From Pirellulales bacterium (lineage in GTDB: Bacteria; Planctomycetota; Planctomycetia; Pirellulales; JBGAPH01), in assembly GCA_046349955.1 (NCBI GenBank), contig JAXMBI010000010.1:102319-166318 (forward strand): a DNA stretch of 64,000 bases. The letters run 5' to 3'. Both the position numbers and the translations under genes were made by a program. Below, in pieces: positions 49,683 through 58,560 of the stretch. Below the pieces are notes generated by a model. The model was not told the DNA's origin, ran no database searches, and saw only the letters and a program-made list of their open reading frames with translations. Positions within the stretch are counted from its first letter, which is position 1. The number at the start of each line of letters is the position of its first letter.

Positions 49683-49991
49683 ATGATTCACTACACCTGC
49701 GACGCATGCAAACGACCGCTCGACCCCGAAGAAGAGAACCGCTACGTGGTCCGGCTCGAAGTGTATGCGGCCTGCGATCCGCTCGACCTGCATGAGGCCG
49801 AGGGGGACCGCGATCATCTGCACGAGATCCAAGAGGTCTTGCAGCGTTTGGAAGACGAAGACGACGACAGCACGGTCGAAGACGAGTACCAGCAGTTGCG
49901 CTTCGACCTCTGCCCGGAGTGCCATAAGCGGTTCCTGAAGAACCCGCTCGGCCTCGACACCAGTAAGCTGTTCGACTTCAGCAACAACTAG
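49683..49991 (+). CDS. acidic split zinc-ribbon protein (hypothetical)
   Basis: CDAC ... CPEC separated by an Asp/Glu-rich segment. Start taken at MIHYTCDAC. Confidence 0.5.
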   Translation: MIHYTCDACKRPLDPEEENRYVVRLEVYAACDPLDLHEAEGDRDHLHEIQEVLQRLEDEDDDSTVEDEYQQLRFDLCPECHKRFLKNPLGLDTSKLFDFSNN

Positions 49992-50068
49992 CGCGGAGCG
50001 GACGCCGCTCGGCGGCTGGCGTTTCGCCCTTCTGCCTCCTTGGCTCGCGCCTGGTTCACGAGGAAGCC

Positions 50069-50599
50069 ATGGCTCGCCGCTACCGTCGTCGGTGGAGCTA
50101 CTCGGCCCCGGCCCTGCTTGTGGTCGCGCTGCTGGCGGCGCTGCGCTACTTCCTGGGTGAGCCGGCCGCCCCGCCGCCGGCCAACCTGCCGGAGGGGAAC
50201 TACCGGGTCGAGCGCGTCGTTGACGGCGACACGCTGATCGTGGCGGGGCTCGACCGCGTGCGCTTAATGGGCATCAATGCGCCCGAGTCGGTGAAGCCCG
50301 ACCATCCCGTCGAGCCGTTTGGTCCCGAGGCCTCGGCGTTCACCAAGCAGTTTCTGGCCGGCGGCCAGGTGCGGCTGCAGTTCGACCACGAGCGCGTCGA
50401 CCAATACGGCCGCGCCTTGGCTTACGCGTGGGTGGGCGACAAGTTGCTCAACGAGGAACTGGTGCGCCAGGGACTGGCCCGCGCGGAAATGCAGTATCAC
50501 TACTCGCAAGCCATGAAACGCCGCTTCCGCGAGGCGCAAGACGAGGCGCGGGCGGCTCACCGGGGAATCTGGTCACAACCGGCTCCGGGGCGGCGTTGA
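50069..50599 (+). CDS. thermonuclease (staphylococcal nuclease, SNase) family protein
   Basis: N-terminal anchor. GDTLIV, VRLMGINAPE, YGRALAYAW, NEELVRQGLA. Confidence 0.8.
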   Translation: MARRYRRRWSYSAPALLVVALLAALRYFLGEPAAPPPANLPEGNYRVERVVDGDTLIVAGLDRVRLMGINAPESVKPDHPVEPFGPEASAFTKQFLAGGQVRLQFDHERVDQYGRALAYAWVGDKLLNEELVRQGLARAEMQYHYSQAMKRRFREAQDEARAAHRGIWSQPAPGRR

Positions 50600-50622
50600 G
50601 TTCGCAGCGAGCCTCGCGCCAG

Positions 50623-50665
50623 AAAAAAAGAGGGGCCGGCCGTGTTGGGATCTACGGCCGGCCCC
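50623..50665 (-). terminator. intrinsic terminator oriented for the minus strand (12-bp GC stem followed by T7)
   Basis: The minus strand reads GGGGCCGGCCGT-AGATCCCAAC-ACGGCCGGCCCC-TC-TTTTTTT. No minus-strand CDS lies upstream of it. Confidence 0.5.
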
Positions 50666-51055
50666 CCTAAGCCGCCCAAGGGTAAACGCAGTCGCGTCCA
50701 CCGGTCAGCCGGGGCTGCCCCTGGTATACCCTAGGTCCGGCCAGCAATTGCGCCGGTGCTCTTGGGGTTTTCGGAATTCCCAGAATCAGACCTGAGATTG
50801 CGCGGACGGCGATCGCCGTCATAGGGCAACCGCAAAGCGTGCGGTTTCGCGCATTCGGGGTATTTCGGCAAAAAAGCCTGTCGAAGTTTTCAGGCGAAGG
50901 TCGCTGCGGTCGCAGAAGGGTTAGACCATCGACGGCGTTCGCGCGGGACCTCTGGGCCCGCGCGACCGACTTTGCCCTCGCTGTCTGGTCCGCCTAGAAT
51001 CGTGGTCGGAACGGAGCGAGCCGCGTACCGCGATCCTGTCTTCTGGGAGGAGCGC

Positions 51056-51994
51056 ATGCTCCGCCGCCGCGCTTTTACGCTCATCGAGCTCCTGGTTGTG
51101 GTGCTCGTTCTCGGGGTGTTGATCGCGCTGTTGCTCCCTGCGGTCCAAGCGGTGCGTGAGTCGGCTCGCCGGCTGCAATGCACCAACCATCTCAAGCAAG
51201 TTGCGTTGGCGTTGCACGCTTACGCCTCGGCCCAGTCCGAACACCTTCCCGCCCTGATCCACACCGCCTTCGATTCGCAGGGGCGGCCCGACAGCCCGAC
51301 GCCTGACGACAGCTTTTCGCTCTCGTGGCGGGCAACGCTGCTGCCGTATCACGAACAACGGGCGCTCTACGAGCGCATCGACTTCCGCCAATCGGCCCTC
51401 TCAGCAGCCAATCGGCCCGTGGCGGAGACGATTCTCGGCGAACATCAGTGCCCCAGCACTCCCGAGTCGCCTCGCCGGATGGAGGCGACCCTGAGCGGCG
51501 GTGGCTCGGCGACCACCGCGCGATTGGCCGTCGTCGACTATGGCGCCGTGGCCCTGGTTGTCGTTTCGCAAACGACGGGCGAAGTCTCGCTGCCTGGCGC
51601 CTGGTTGCCGCTCCAAGGCTATAGTGGCAAAGTGGAGAGCGGCTTTCGAGCGGCTCCGTCGTCGCTCCGCACAATCAGCGACGGCCTCTCTCAAACAGCC
51701 CTGCTCGTGGAGCACGCCGGTCTGCCGCACGTTTTTCGGCAGACCGTCGAATTGCCAGCGACGGGACTTGTGGGGCCCTGGCTGTCGGCGGAGATCAACG
51801 TGCTCGACGGCCGGTTGACCGTGAACGCCGACAACGTCCGTGGCCTGTATTCGTTTCATCCGGGCGGCGCGCAAAGCGCACTGGCCGACGGCTCGGTGCA
51901 TTTTTTGCCGGCGACGCTGGACCCCGGCGTCTTAGCGGCCTTGCTCACCCGCGAAGGGGCGGAGCCGCTCGAGGGCTGGGACCGGGCGTTGTGA
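51056..51994 (+). CDS. DUF1559 protein with prepilin-type N-terminal methylation motif (H-X9-DG family)
   Basis: [53 protein letters not shown] and C-terminal [14 protein letters not shown]. Confidence 0.85.
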   Translation: MLRRRAFTLIELLVVVLVLGVLIALLLPAVQAVRESARRLQCTNHLKQVALALHAYASAQSEHLPALIHTAFDSQGRPDSPTPDDSFSLSWRATLLPYHEQRALYERIDFRQSALSAANRPVAETILGEHQCPSTPESPRRMEATLSGGGSATTARLAVVDYGAVALVVVSQTTGEVSLPGAWLPLQGYSGKVESGFRAAPSSLRTISDGLSQTALLVEHAGLPHVFRQTVELPATGLVGPWLSAEINVLDGRLTVNADNVRGLYSFHPGGAQSALADGSVHFLPATLDPGVLAALLTREGAEPLEGWDRAL

Positions 51995-52093
51995 ACTCCG
52001 TGTGAGCGCGGCGGGCAGATCACTCTGGGCCGCCAAGCCCGCGGCGGCTACGCTGACAGGGGAGGCGAGTTCTTTTCTCTGGCGGCGCGGCCC

Positions 52094-52759
52094 ATGTCCA
52101 AGCATCTCGAACGGCAGATCGAAACCCTCAAGCAAAAGTTGCTCTACGTCGGCACGCTCGTGGAAGAGGCGGTGTCGCGGGCCGTGGCGGCGCTCGTCGA
52201 CCGCGACCCCGACCTGGCCCGCCGCGTGATCGCCGCCGACGCCGAGATCGACCGCATGGAGGTCGAGGTCGAGGAGGAGTGCCTGAAGTGCTTGGCCCTG
52301 CATCAGCCGGTGGCCGCCGATCTGCGGTTCGTGGTCGCCGTGCTCAAGATGAACAACGACCTCGAGCGCATCGGCGACATGGCCAAGAACATCGCCAAGC
52401 GAGTGGTGTTCCTCTGCAAGTCGGAGCCGCTCGAGCTGCCCGGCAATTTTCGCGGCATGGCGGCCGCGGCGCAATCGATGTTCAAACGCAGCCTCGACGC
52501 CCTGGTGAACTCGGATACGGCGCTGGCCCGCCAGGTGCGCGAGGACGACGACGAGGTCGATACGATGCGCAAGCAGATTCAGCTCCAGGTGGAGCGCGAG
52601 ATCATGGCGCAGCCGCAGCGCGTGGCCGAGCTGATGAGCCTGAACAACGTGGCCAAGCAACTCGAGCGGCTCGCCGACATGGCCACCAACATCGCCGAGG
52701 ACGTGATCTACATGCTCGAAGGCGACATCGTGCGGCACAACGCGCACGAAGTGCCCTGA
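52094..52759 (+). CDS. phoU: phosphate signalling complex protein PhoU
   Basis: Two PhoU repeats: DAEIDRMEVEVEEECL..LERIGDMAKNIA and DDEVDTMRKQI..LERLADMATNIAEDV. Confidence 0.9.
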   Translation: MSKHLERQIETLKQKLLYVGTLVEEAVSRAVAALVDRDPDLARRVIAADAEIDRMEVEVEEECLKCLALHQPVAADLRFVVAVLKMNNDLERIGDMAKNIAKRVVFLCKSEPLELPGNFRGMAAAAQSMFKRSLDALVNSDTALARQVREDDDEVDTMRKQIQLQVEREIMAQPQRVAELMSLNNVAKQLERLADMATNIAEDVIYMLEGDIVRHNAHEVP

Positions 52760-52765
52760 GCGCTG

Positions 52766-52857
52766 CTGGCGAGCGGCCGGCGTAAGCCGGCTGACCAACC
52801 CGCGTCGACGGCCTCACCAGCGTTGGGTCGGCCGGCTTACGCAGGGCCGCTCGCCAG
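52766..52857. terminator. long imperfect inverted repeat between convergent phoU and yidD (bidirectional terminator candidate)
   Basis: CTGGCGAGCGGCCGGCGTAAGCCGGCTGACCAAC ... GTTGGGTCGGCCGGCTTACGCAGGGCCGCTCGCCAG. The arms are ~34 nt with a 22-nt centre. Confidence 0.5.
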
Positions 52858-52875
52858 GCGGTTTGCTCCGCTCAA

Positions 52876-53115
52876 TTACGGCGGGTCGTAGCCCTTCCCG
52901 CCCCAGGGGTGACAGCGGAGCAAGCGCCGCGTGCCGCGCCAAGCGCCGCGCACCGCGCCGTACTTCTGCACCGCGGCCACGAAGTACTTGCTGCACGAGG
53001 GCTCGAACCGGCAGCATTGCCCCAGCCAAGGGCTGATCAGCCACTGGTAACAGCGCACCAAGCCAATCAGCAGCGCGGCGGGTAGACCATGCAGGGTCTT
53101 CAAGACCGTCGTCAT
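52876..53115 (-). CDS. yidD: membrane protein insertion efficiency factor YidD
   Basis: YQWLISPWLGQCCRFEPSCSKYFVAAVQKYGAVRGAWRGTRRLLRCHPWGGKGYDPP. Confidence 0.9.
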   Translation of the reverse strand: MTTVLKTLHGLPAALLIGLVRCYQWLISPWLGQCCRFEPSCSKYFVAAVQKYGAVRGAWRGTRRLLRCHPWGGKGYDPP

Positions 53116-53534
53116 CGCCGGCCTCCCTGCAAACGCTTGGCGAGTTGCCGCGTCAGCCGGTCGAACGATTCGCGCAGCGCAGCGAGCGCCGGAGGCGCCG
53201 CGGCATTGGGCTGGACCACCCAATCGATGCTCGTCTGCCGCAGCCGCGCGTCGTGGCGAAACGCCTCGCGCAGCAGCCGCTTCCAGCGGTTCCGCACCAC
53301 GGCGTTGCCGGCGCGGCGGCTGACCGCCAGTCCCAGCCGGCCAAGTCCCAGGTCGTTTTCGCAGGCTTGCACGCGCAACACGCCATCGCTGGCCGACCGA
53401 CGCCGAGCATAGACGCGCTTGAATTCGGCCGGCCGCAGCAGGCGCATGGCCTTGGGAAAGCGCGAACTCGCCGACGCGGCGGCCGCGGGCTCACCAGCGG
53501 AGGTCGGCTCGCGGCTGCTGGGGGTTGCGCTCAT
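53112..53534 (-). CDS. rnpA: ribonuclease P protein component
   Basis: LLRPAEFKRVY..GRLGLAVSRRAGNAVVRNRWKRLLREAFR. The stop overlaps the yidD start (ATGA). The start is uncertain, 53534 or 53447. Confidence 0.85.
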   Translation of the reverse strand: MSATPSSREPTSAGEPAAAASASSRFPKAMRLLRPAEFKRVYARRRSASDGVLRVQACENDLGLGRLGLAVSRRAGNAVVRNRWKRLLREAFRHDARLRQTSIDWVVQPNAAAPPALAALRESFDRLTRQLAKRLQGGRR

Positions 53535-54450
53535 CGAAGCGGCGGATCAGATCTTGGCTCTCGGCGTCGAGCTGCTTGGGAAGCACCACTTGCACTTCCA
53601 CGAACAGGTCGCCCGGCGGCCGGTTCTTGGCGCGGACCCCTTGCCCCTTCAGGCGGAGCTTGGAGCCGGTGGAAGAGCCGGGCGGCACCCGCACCGTAAT
53701 CGTACCATGCGGCGTGGGGACGTCGATCTTGGCCCCCAGGGCCGCCTCCGCGACGGTGACGGGCGTCTTCACGTCCAGGTTGTCGCCACGCCGCTGGAAA
53801 TAAGGGTGCGGGGCGACGTTCACCTTGACCAACAAATCGGCCTCCCCCTGCGGTTCGCCTTGCCCCTTCAGGCGGATCTTCTTGCCGTCTTCGATGCCGG
53901 CCGGAATCCGCACCGCCACGGTCTCGTGCTTCCCGGAGGAGCGGGTGAGCTCGAGTTGCACCTCGCCGCCGGTGACGGCCGTTTGGAACGGGATTTCGAT
54001 CTCGTACTGGGCCGGGGCCGGTCGCTCGGCCCGCGCTCCGCCCCCGCCCCCACGGCGGAACTGGCTGAAGAAGTCGGCGAACCCGCCGCCCCCCCCCATC
54101 TCGGCCCCTTCGAAGCCGGCGCCGCCGCCAAAGATCTGGCTGAAGTCGAAGTCTTGGTATTCGGGGCCCGGCTGCGGTCCCCGCCGGCCGCCGCGGGGGC
54201 CCCGCGGGCTGGGGCCCGCCTGCCCGGCTTGCTCGAAGGCCGAACCATAGCGGTCGTACATCTCGCGCTTCGAGGGATCGCTGAGCACCTCGAAGGCCCG
54301 CTGCACCTCCTGGAACTTCTGCTTGGCGTTCTTGTCGTCGGGGTGGAGGTCGGGGTGGTATTTCCGCGCGAGCTCGAAATAGGCTTTCTGGATGTCGCTC
54401 GCGCCGGCGTCGCGGTTGACTCCCAAAGTCTTGTAGTAGTCTTCGGCCAT
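53491..54450 (-). CDS. J-domain chaperone without zinc-finger region (CbpA/DnaJ class II-like)
   Basis: DYYKTLGVNRDAGASDIQKAYFELARKYHPDLHPDD, G-rich linker, two DnaJ C-terminal beta domains. No CxxCxGxG repeats. Confidence 0.85.
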   Translation of the reverse strand: MAEDYYKTLGVNRDAGASDIQKAYFELARKYHPDLHPDDKNAKQKFQEVQRAFEVLSDPSKREMYDRYGSAFEQAGQAGPSPRGPRGGRRGPQPGPEYQDFDFSQIFGGGAGFEGAEMGGGGGFADFFSQFRRGGGGGARAERPAPAQYEIEIPFQTAVTGGEVQLELTRSSGKHETVAVRIPAGIEDGKKIRLKGQGEPQGEADLLVKVNVAPHPYFQRRGDNLDVKTPVTVAEAALGAKIDVPTPHGTITVRVPPGSSTGSKLRLKGQGVRAKNRPPGDLFVEVQVVLPKQLDAESQDLIRRFDERNPQQPRADLRW

Positions 54451-54504
54451 GACGAATAACAGGCGTGCTCAGATCCGCGATCAACCAACGTGTACTGGCC
54501 TGGC

Positions 54505-54996
54505 TTACGAGAACGCGCCCGATTGCGGGTCGATGGCCAGGCCGTCGCAGAGCTTAGTGAGGGTTTCCATCACGATCAACAGCGCCGTGGGATCGAGCAG
54601 ATCGTCGTCGGCGTCGTCGGGATCTCCCTCGGCCAGAATGTGTTCGAAGTGGAGCACGTCGAAGCGTGCGTCGCACCGCGCCAGCCGCTTGAGCCGCGCC
54701 TTCTCGGCCTCGGTCTTGGCCACCGGCTTGAGCTCGGCGATCATCTGCTCGACGAGCTCGTTCACCTCCTCGCCGTCGAGGTAGCTGACGTCGAGCGCGG
54801 CAAAGTCGTCGTGCGAGACCACGGTGAGCGAGCCGAACAGGCCGTCGTCTTCGCTCCGCTCGTTCGTGAGCTCATACCGCTTGCCCAGCCCCCGCAGCGC
54901 CTGGGCGACCTGCTCCTGGGTAGGGCGGCGCGAAGACTCGAACAGAATGAAATACGTTTCCCGCCAGTGGTAGTCGCTGTTCTCGAAGGTGGACAC
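54505..54996 (-). CDS. acidic hypothetical protein
   Basis: 163-aa ORF with protein-like composition, directly upstream of the J-protein gene. Confidence 0.45.
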   Translation of the reverse strand: MSTFENSDYHWRETYFILFESSRRPTQEQVAQALRGLGKRYELTNERSEDDGLFGSLTVVSHDDFAALDVSYLDGEEVNELVEQMIAELKPVAKTEAEKARLKRLARCDARFDVLHFEHILAEGDPDDADDDLLDPTALLIVMETLTKLCDGLAIDPQSGAFS

Positions 54997-55071
54997 CGGG
55001 CTGACACTCCTCTGGGGGGCGGCGGGACGCGCGTCGCGGCTCCGGCCCGCCTGGGCCGGCGACGGCGAGAG

Positions 55072-55305
55072 CTACCAATCTTCCTGACCTTCCGGCCCCA
55101 AGCCCCCCTGCCAGTTCTCGAGCGCCTCGAGCAGTTCGTCGCGCTCTTGCCGCTTGGCCCACACCACTTCGCCCTGCTCGAGCCGGACCTCGTACTGCCC
55201 TTCGCGCTCGCAATCGTCCTCCCCGCAGAAGTGCGGTACGGCGCTAATCCACATCACGCGGTAGAGCGGAACATGTTTGTCGTCGACCACGCAAAACACC
55301 GACAT
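55072..55305 (-). CDS. small hypothetical protein
   Basis: 77 aa from MSVFCVVDDK (an alternative start lies at 55329). No motif recognised. Confidence 0.4.
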   Translation of the reverse strand: MSVFCVVDDKHVPLYRVMWISAVPHFCGEDDCEREGQYEVRLEQGEVVWAKRQERDELLEALENWQGGLGPEGQEDW

Positions 55306-55389
55306 GGCGGCAACCCTCTCGCGACCCAACTTGCTGCCTGCAAACCCGCGGCGAACGGGTCGCCCGGATTTGCGTTTCTGCCCTTATCT

Positions 55390-56220
55390 CTATGATACAC
55401 CGGACAACTCGGCCGATCTGCGGGCGGCGGCCGCCACGGCCCCCATCAGCGCCCCGCGCACCCCGGCCTTTTCCAGCACGTCGAGCCCGGCGATCGTCGT
55501 GCCGGCAGGGCTCGTCACGCGGTCTTTGAGCACGGCCGGGTGCTCGCCGCCCGAGAGGACCATTTCGGCCGCTCCCCGCACGGTTTGGGCCGCCAGCGCG
55601 AGCGCCGTGGCCCGCGGCAGACCTGCCTGCACTCCGCCGTCGGCCAGGGCCTCGATGGCGAGGAACACGTAAGCCGGGCCGGAACCCGAAAGGCCGGTCA
55701 CGGCGTCGAGCAGCTTCTCGTCGACCGGCCAGGCCCTGCCCACGGCCGAGAGTAGGTCGCCCAGCAGCCGGCCATCGGCCTCGGTGGCGCCGGGCCCCAG
55801 GCAATAGGCGCTCGCGCTCTGGCCCACCAGGCAGCAGGTGTTCGGCATCACGCGGGCGAGCCGCGGCGCGCCAGCCTTCGTCTGGCCAAGACCGGCCGCG
55901 ATCGTCTTGAGCGGCACGCCGGCGGCGATCGAGATGACGAGCGTGTCGGGGCCAATCCGCCCCGCGAGCGCCGCGAGTGCGGTGGACATTTGCTGGGGCT
56001 TGACCGCCAGGAACAGCACGTCGGCCTTCGCGTCAACGGCCTGGTTGTCGGCCGAGAGCGCAGCCTGGGGAGCGAAGCCGCGGAAGGCCTCGAGGGCCGC
56101 CGGTTCGGGATCGGCGGCCGCAAGTTGACGCCCCTCGACGAGCCCCGCCCGCAAGAATCCCTGGGCGAGCGCCCGGGCCATTTGGCCCGCGCCGAGGAAT
56201 CCGATGTGTGCCTGAAGCAT
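55390..56220 (-). CDS. proC: pyrroline-5-carboxylate reductase
   Basis: IGFLGAGQMARALAQGF, AVKPQ, SGSGPAYVFLAIEALADGGV, VTSPAGTTIAGL. Confidence 0.9.
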   Translation of the reverse strand: MLQAHIGFLGAGQMARALAQGFLRAGLVEGRQLAAADPEPAALEAFRGFAPQAALSADNQAVDAKADVLFLAVKPQQMSTALAALAGRIGPDTLVISIAAGVPLKTIAAGLGQTKAGAPRLARVMPNTCCLVGQSASAYCLGPGATEADGRLLGDLLSAVGRAWPVDEKLLDAVTGLSGSGPAYVFLAIEALADGGVQAGLPRATALALAAQTVRGAAEMVLSGGEHPAVLKDRVTSPAGTTIAGLDVLEKAGVRGALMGAVAAAARRSAELSGVS

Positions 56221-56751
56221 GGAGCGGGCCGCGAACCGGAGCGGAGTGCGAAACGTAGGGGACGCTGCCGTATGCTACGTCAAAACGCCCGGTCCGGCAA
56301 CGGACTTAGGGCCGCCTGGGCCCGTCGCCAGGGGCTGTTCCGGCCGCGGAGATGCAGTTCATGCAATCCTCACACGTGCGCGGGTGTAAGCCGCAGGCAA
56401 GCTTGCGCGTCTGCAGAAGCGGGCCGCGCTCTTCGAAGCAGAGAACCGTCGCAGCCAAATGGAGAGCGTGCTCTTGCACTCGCCTGGAGGAGCGGTGGTG
56501 GAGGACTTTTCAGTTGCATCGGATCAGTGAGCTAGTGCCGCGTCACCGCCTTGGTTTTCGGGTGCGCCACACTGGCCCGCAGCGCATGCAAGGGACGAGA
56601 GGGCCCCGATGGCGCGTGGCGCGCTGGCCGAAATTGCTGTCCGGTCCGTGCGGGGGTCCCCGGGCGTGTGGTCCCTTGCTCGCGCTCTCGCGCTGCGGGC
56701 TAGTAATCGATCGGGCAACCCGAACTCCTAGCTGTGACGCTGCACTTGCAG

Positions 56752-57639
56752 TTACTTAGCGAGGTCGGGTTTCGCCGGCTCCGACCGAAGCGCCTGCACA
56801 AACCCCACCAAATGCCGCAGTTGATCCCCATACGCGGCATACTGCATCCGCGAGCGCACCTCCGGCGCGAGCGCATAGCCGCCGACGACCACCGGCACGC
56901 CGCGCTCCATGGCCGCAGCCTGAATCGCCGCGTAGTCGGCCAGGAACTGGGGCTCGTCAGGAAGGTGCGAGACGCTGAGCCAGAGCAACTGGGGCTTTTC
57001 GGCCTCGAGGGCGGCTAGCCAGGTATCGCGCGGCAAAGACGTGCCCAGCGATTGGGCGGCCCAGCCGAGATCGCGCAGCACGAGCTCCACCATCGCGGTG
57101 GGAAGCTGGTAGTGGTCTCCGCTCAGCGTGCCCCCCAACGCCCGCGGAGCTGCGGGGCCGGCCGCAGGCAGCATCGCGCGCAGCCGGTGCAGCAGTCGCA
57201 GGGCGATCTCGCAGCCGCGGCGTTCTTCATACACTTGGGCCTCGCCGCACTCCCAAGCTTGGCCGATCTGCACAAACGCCGCCGCGATCACGCGATCGAA
57301 GATCTCGGCCAGGCGATGCTTGGCCAGAAACAGATCGAGCACGATCCGCTGGCACTGCTCTTCATCGCCGGCCAACAGCGCCGCGGCCAATTGCCCCGCC
57401 GCGCGATCGATGACAAAGGCCCCCTGGCCGGTCGCCGAGGGGAGCCCCAGCAACTCGGGCCGCACCAGGGGCTGCCCCGTCTGCCGCAAGAATTCGAGCA
57501 CCTGGTCGACCGCCAGCCGCCGATGTCCCCCCGCGGTGCGGACCACAGGCAGCGTCCCCTTATCGCACCAGCGCTTGAGCGACGACTCGCTTGCCCCAAT
57601 GGCAAGGGCTACCTGGCGGGGGGTGAGCAAAGTGGCCAT
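56752..57639 (-). CDS. MerR/excisionase-type HTH regulator with a cobalamin-binding-like C-terminal domain (CarH/LitR-like)
   Basis: HTH LLTPRQVALAIGASESSLKRWCDKGTLP..GGHRRL. The C-terminal domain reads SGDHYQLP..LWLSVSHL..VVVGGYAL, which resembles DxHxxG..SxL..GG with a variant first motif. Confidence 0.55.
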   Translation of the reverse strand: MATLLTPRQVALAIGASESSLKRWCDKGTLPVVRTAGGHRRLAVDQVLEFLRQTGQPLVRPELLGLPSATGQGAFVIDRAAGQLAAALLAGDEEQCQRIVLDLFLAKHRLAEIFDRVIAAAFVQIGQAWECGEAQVYEERRGCEIALRLLHRLRAMLPAAGPAAPRALGGTLSGDHYQLPTAMVELVLRDLGWAAQSLGTSLPRDTWLAALEAEKPQLLWLSVSHLPDEPQFLADYAAIQAAAMERGVPVVVGGYALAPEVRSRMQYAAYGDQLRHLVGFVQALRSEPAKPDLAK

Positions 57640-57750
57640 GTCGAGAACTCGCGTGAACGATTTGATCGATTATAGACACCCCATGAATGAGACCGCAACG
57701 GCTACGCGAATGCAAAAGTCGAATCTCTTTGGTTTTTCTCTGCCAGACCA

Positions 57751-57778
57751 TTGACGACCCGCGCGAGCCACCTATAAA
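57751..57778 (+). promoter_or_regulatory. sigma70-like promoter candidate for the FAS1 gene
   Basis: TTGACG - 16 nt - TATAAA. It is followed by the inverted repeat GGTCGA-N12-TCGACC at 57784-57807. Confidence 0.3.
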
Positions 57779-57880
57779 CTCATGGTCGATTTGAACGAAT
57801 TTCGACCACTCGCTGAGGGCCGGCGTCCGGCCCCTCCAATTCCCTCCAAAAGCGCCCCGTTGGGCGCAAAGGAACGAACG

Positions 57881-58402
57881 ATGAGCGCGTGGAACAAGCG
57901 GATCGCAGTGATGGCCCTGGCCTCGATCGCGGTTGGATTGCTGGGTCTGCCGGCCGGCTGGGCCAAGGCCCCGGAAAAGAAGCCCGACATCGTCGACACC
58001 GCAGTGAAGGCCAAGTCCTTCAAGACGCTGGTCGCGGCCGTCGAGGCCGCCGGGCTGGTCGAAACCCTCAAGGGCAAGGGCCCCTTTACCGTCTTCGCCC
58101 CGACCGACGAGGCGTTCGCCAAGCTGCCGGAAGGCACGATCGAAAAGCTGCTGAAGGACAAAGAGAAACTGACCGCAATCCTCACCTACCACGTCGTGCC
58201 CGGCGCCGTGCTCGCCAAGGACGTCGTCAAGCTCGAAGAAGCGGAGACGGTGCAGGGGGGCAAGGTGAAGATCAAGGTCGAGGAGGACGAGGTCTTCATC
58301 AACGGGGCGAAGGTGGTGAAGGCCGACATCGCTTGCTCCAACGGCGTGATTCACGTGATCGACTCCGTGCTCCTGCCTCCGGAGAAGGCCGCCAAGAAGT
58401 AG
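57881..58402 (+). CDS. secreted fasciclin (FAS1) domain protein
   Basis: Signal peptide. [58 protein letters not shown]. Confidence 0.85.
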   Translation: MSAWNKRIAVMALASIAVGLLGLPAGWAKAPEKKPDIVDTAVKAKSFKTLVAAVEAAGLVETLKGKGPFTVFAPTDEAFAKLPEGTIEKLLKDKEKLTAILTYHVVPGAVLAKDVVKLEEAETVQGGKVKIKVEEDEVFINGAKVVKADIACSNGVIHVIDSVLLPPEKAAKK

Positions 58403-58560
58403 CTGTTGTTGTGAGGATCCATTGCACGGTTGGAGGCGAGACGCGCGGCTCGCCTCCAACCACGCTTGGGGGGCGCCAAGAATCGGCATTGGATGGTTCG
58501 CAGGGGGCTGGAGCAGGCCGCGTGGCCCGCCCGACAAAGACCTAATCGAGGAGCAACCCC

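Noticed and set aside
48549-50599. HNH endonuclease + zinc-ribbon protein + SNase nuclease as a candidate defence island
   Set aside because: The genes are on different strands with separate intergenic regions, embedded among housekeeping genes (trpD, ACP-like). Each looks like a common stand-alone family. There is no ATPase, methylase or sensor partner.
56221-56751. 530-nt spacer next to the B12-type regulator; I looked for a cobalamin riboswitch or another structured RNA
   Set aside because: I could not find a B12 box (AGYCMGGWGNCC-like) or the GGGAA/GCCACTG core by eye. It is left uncalled and needs an Rfam scan.
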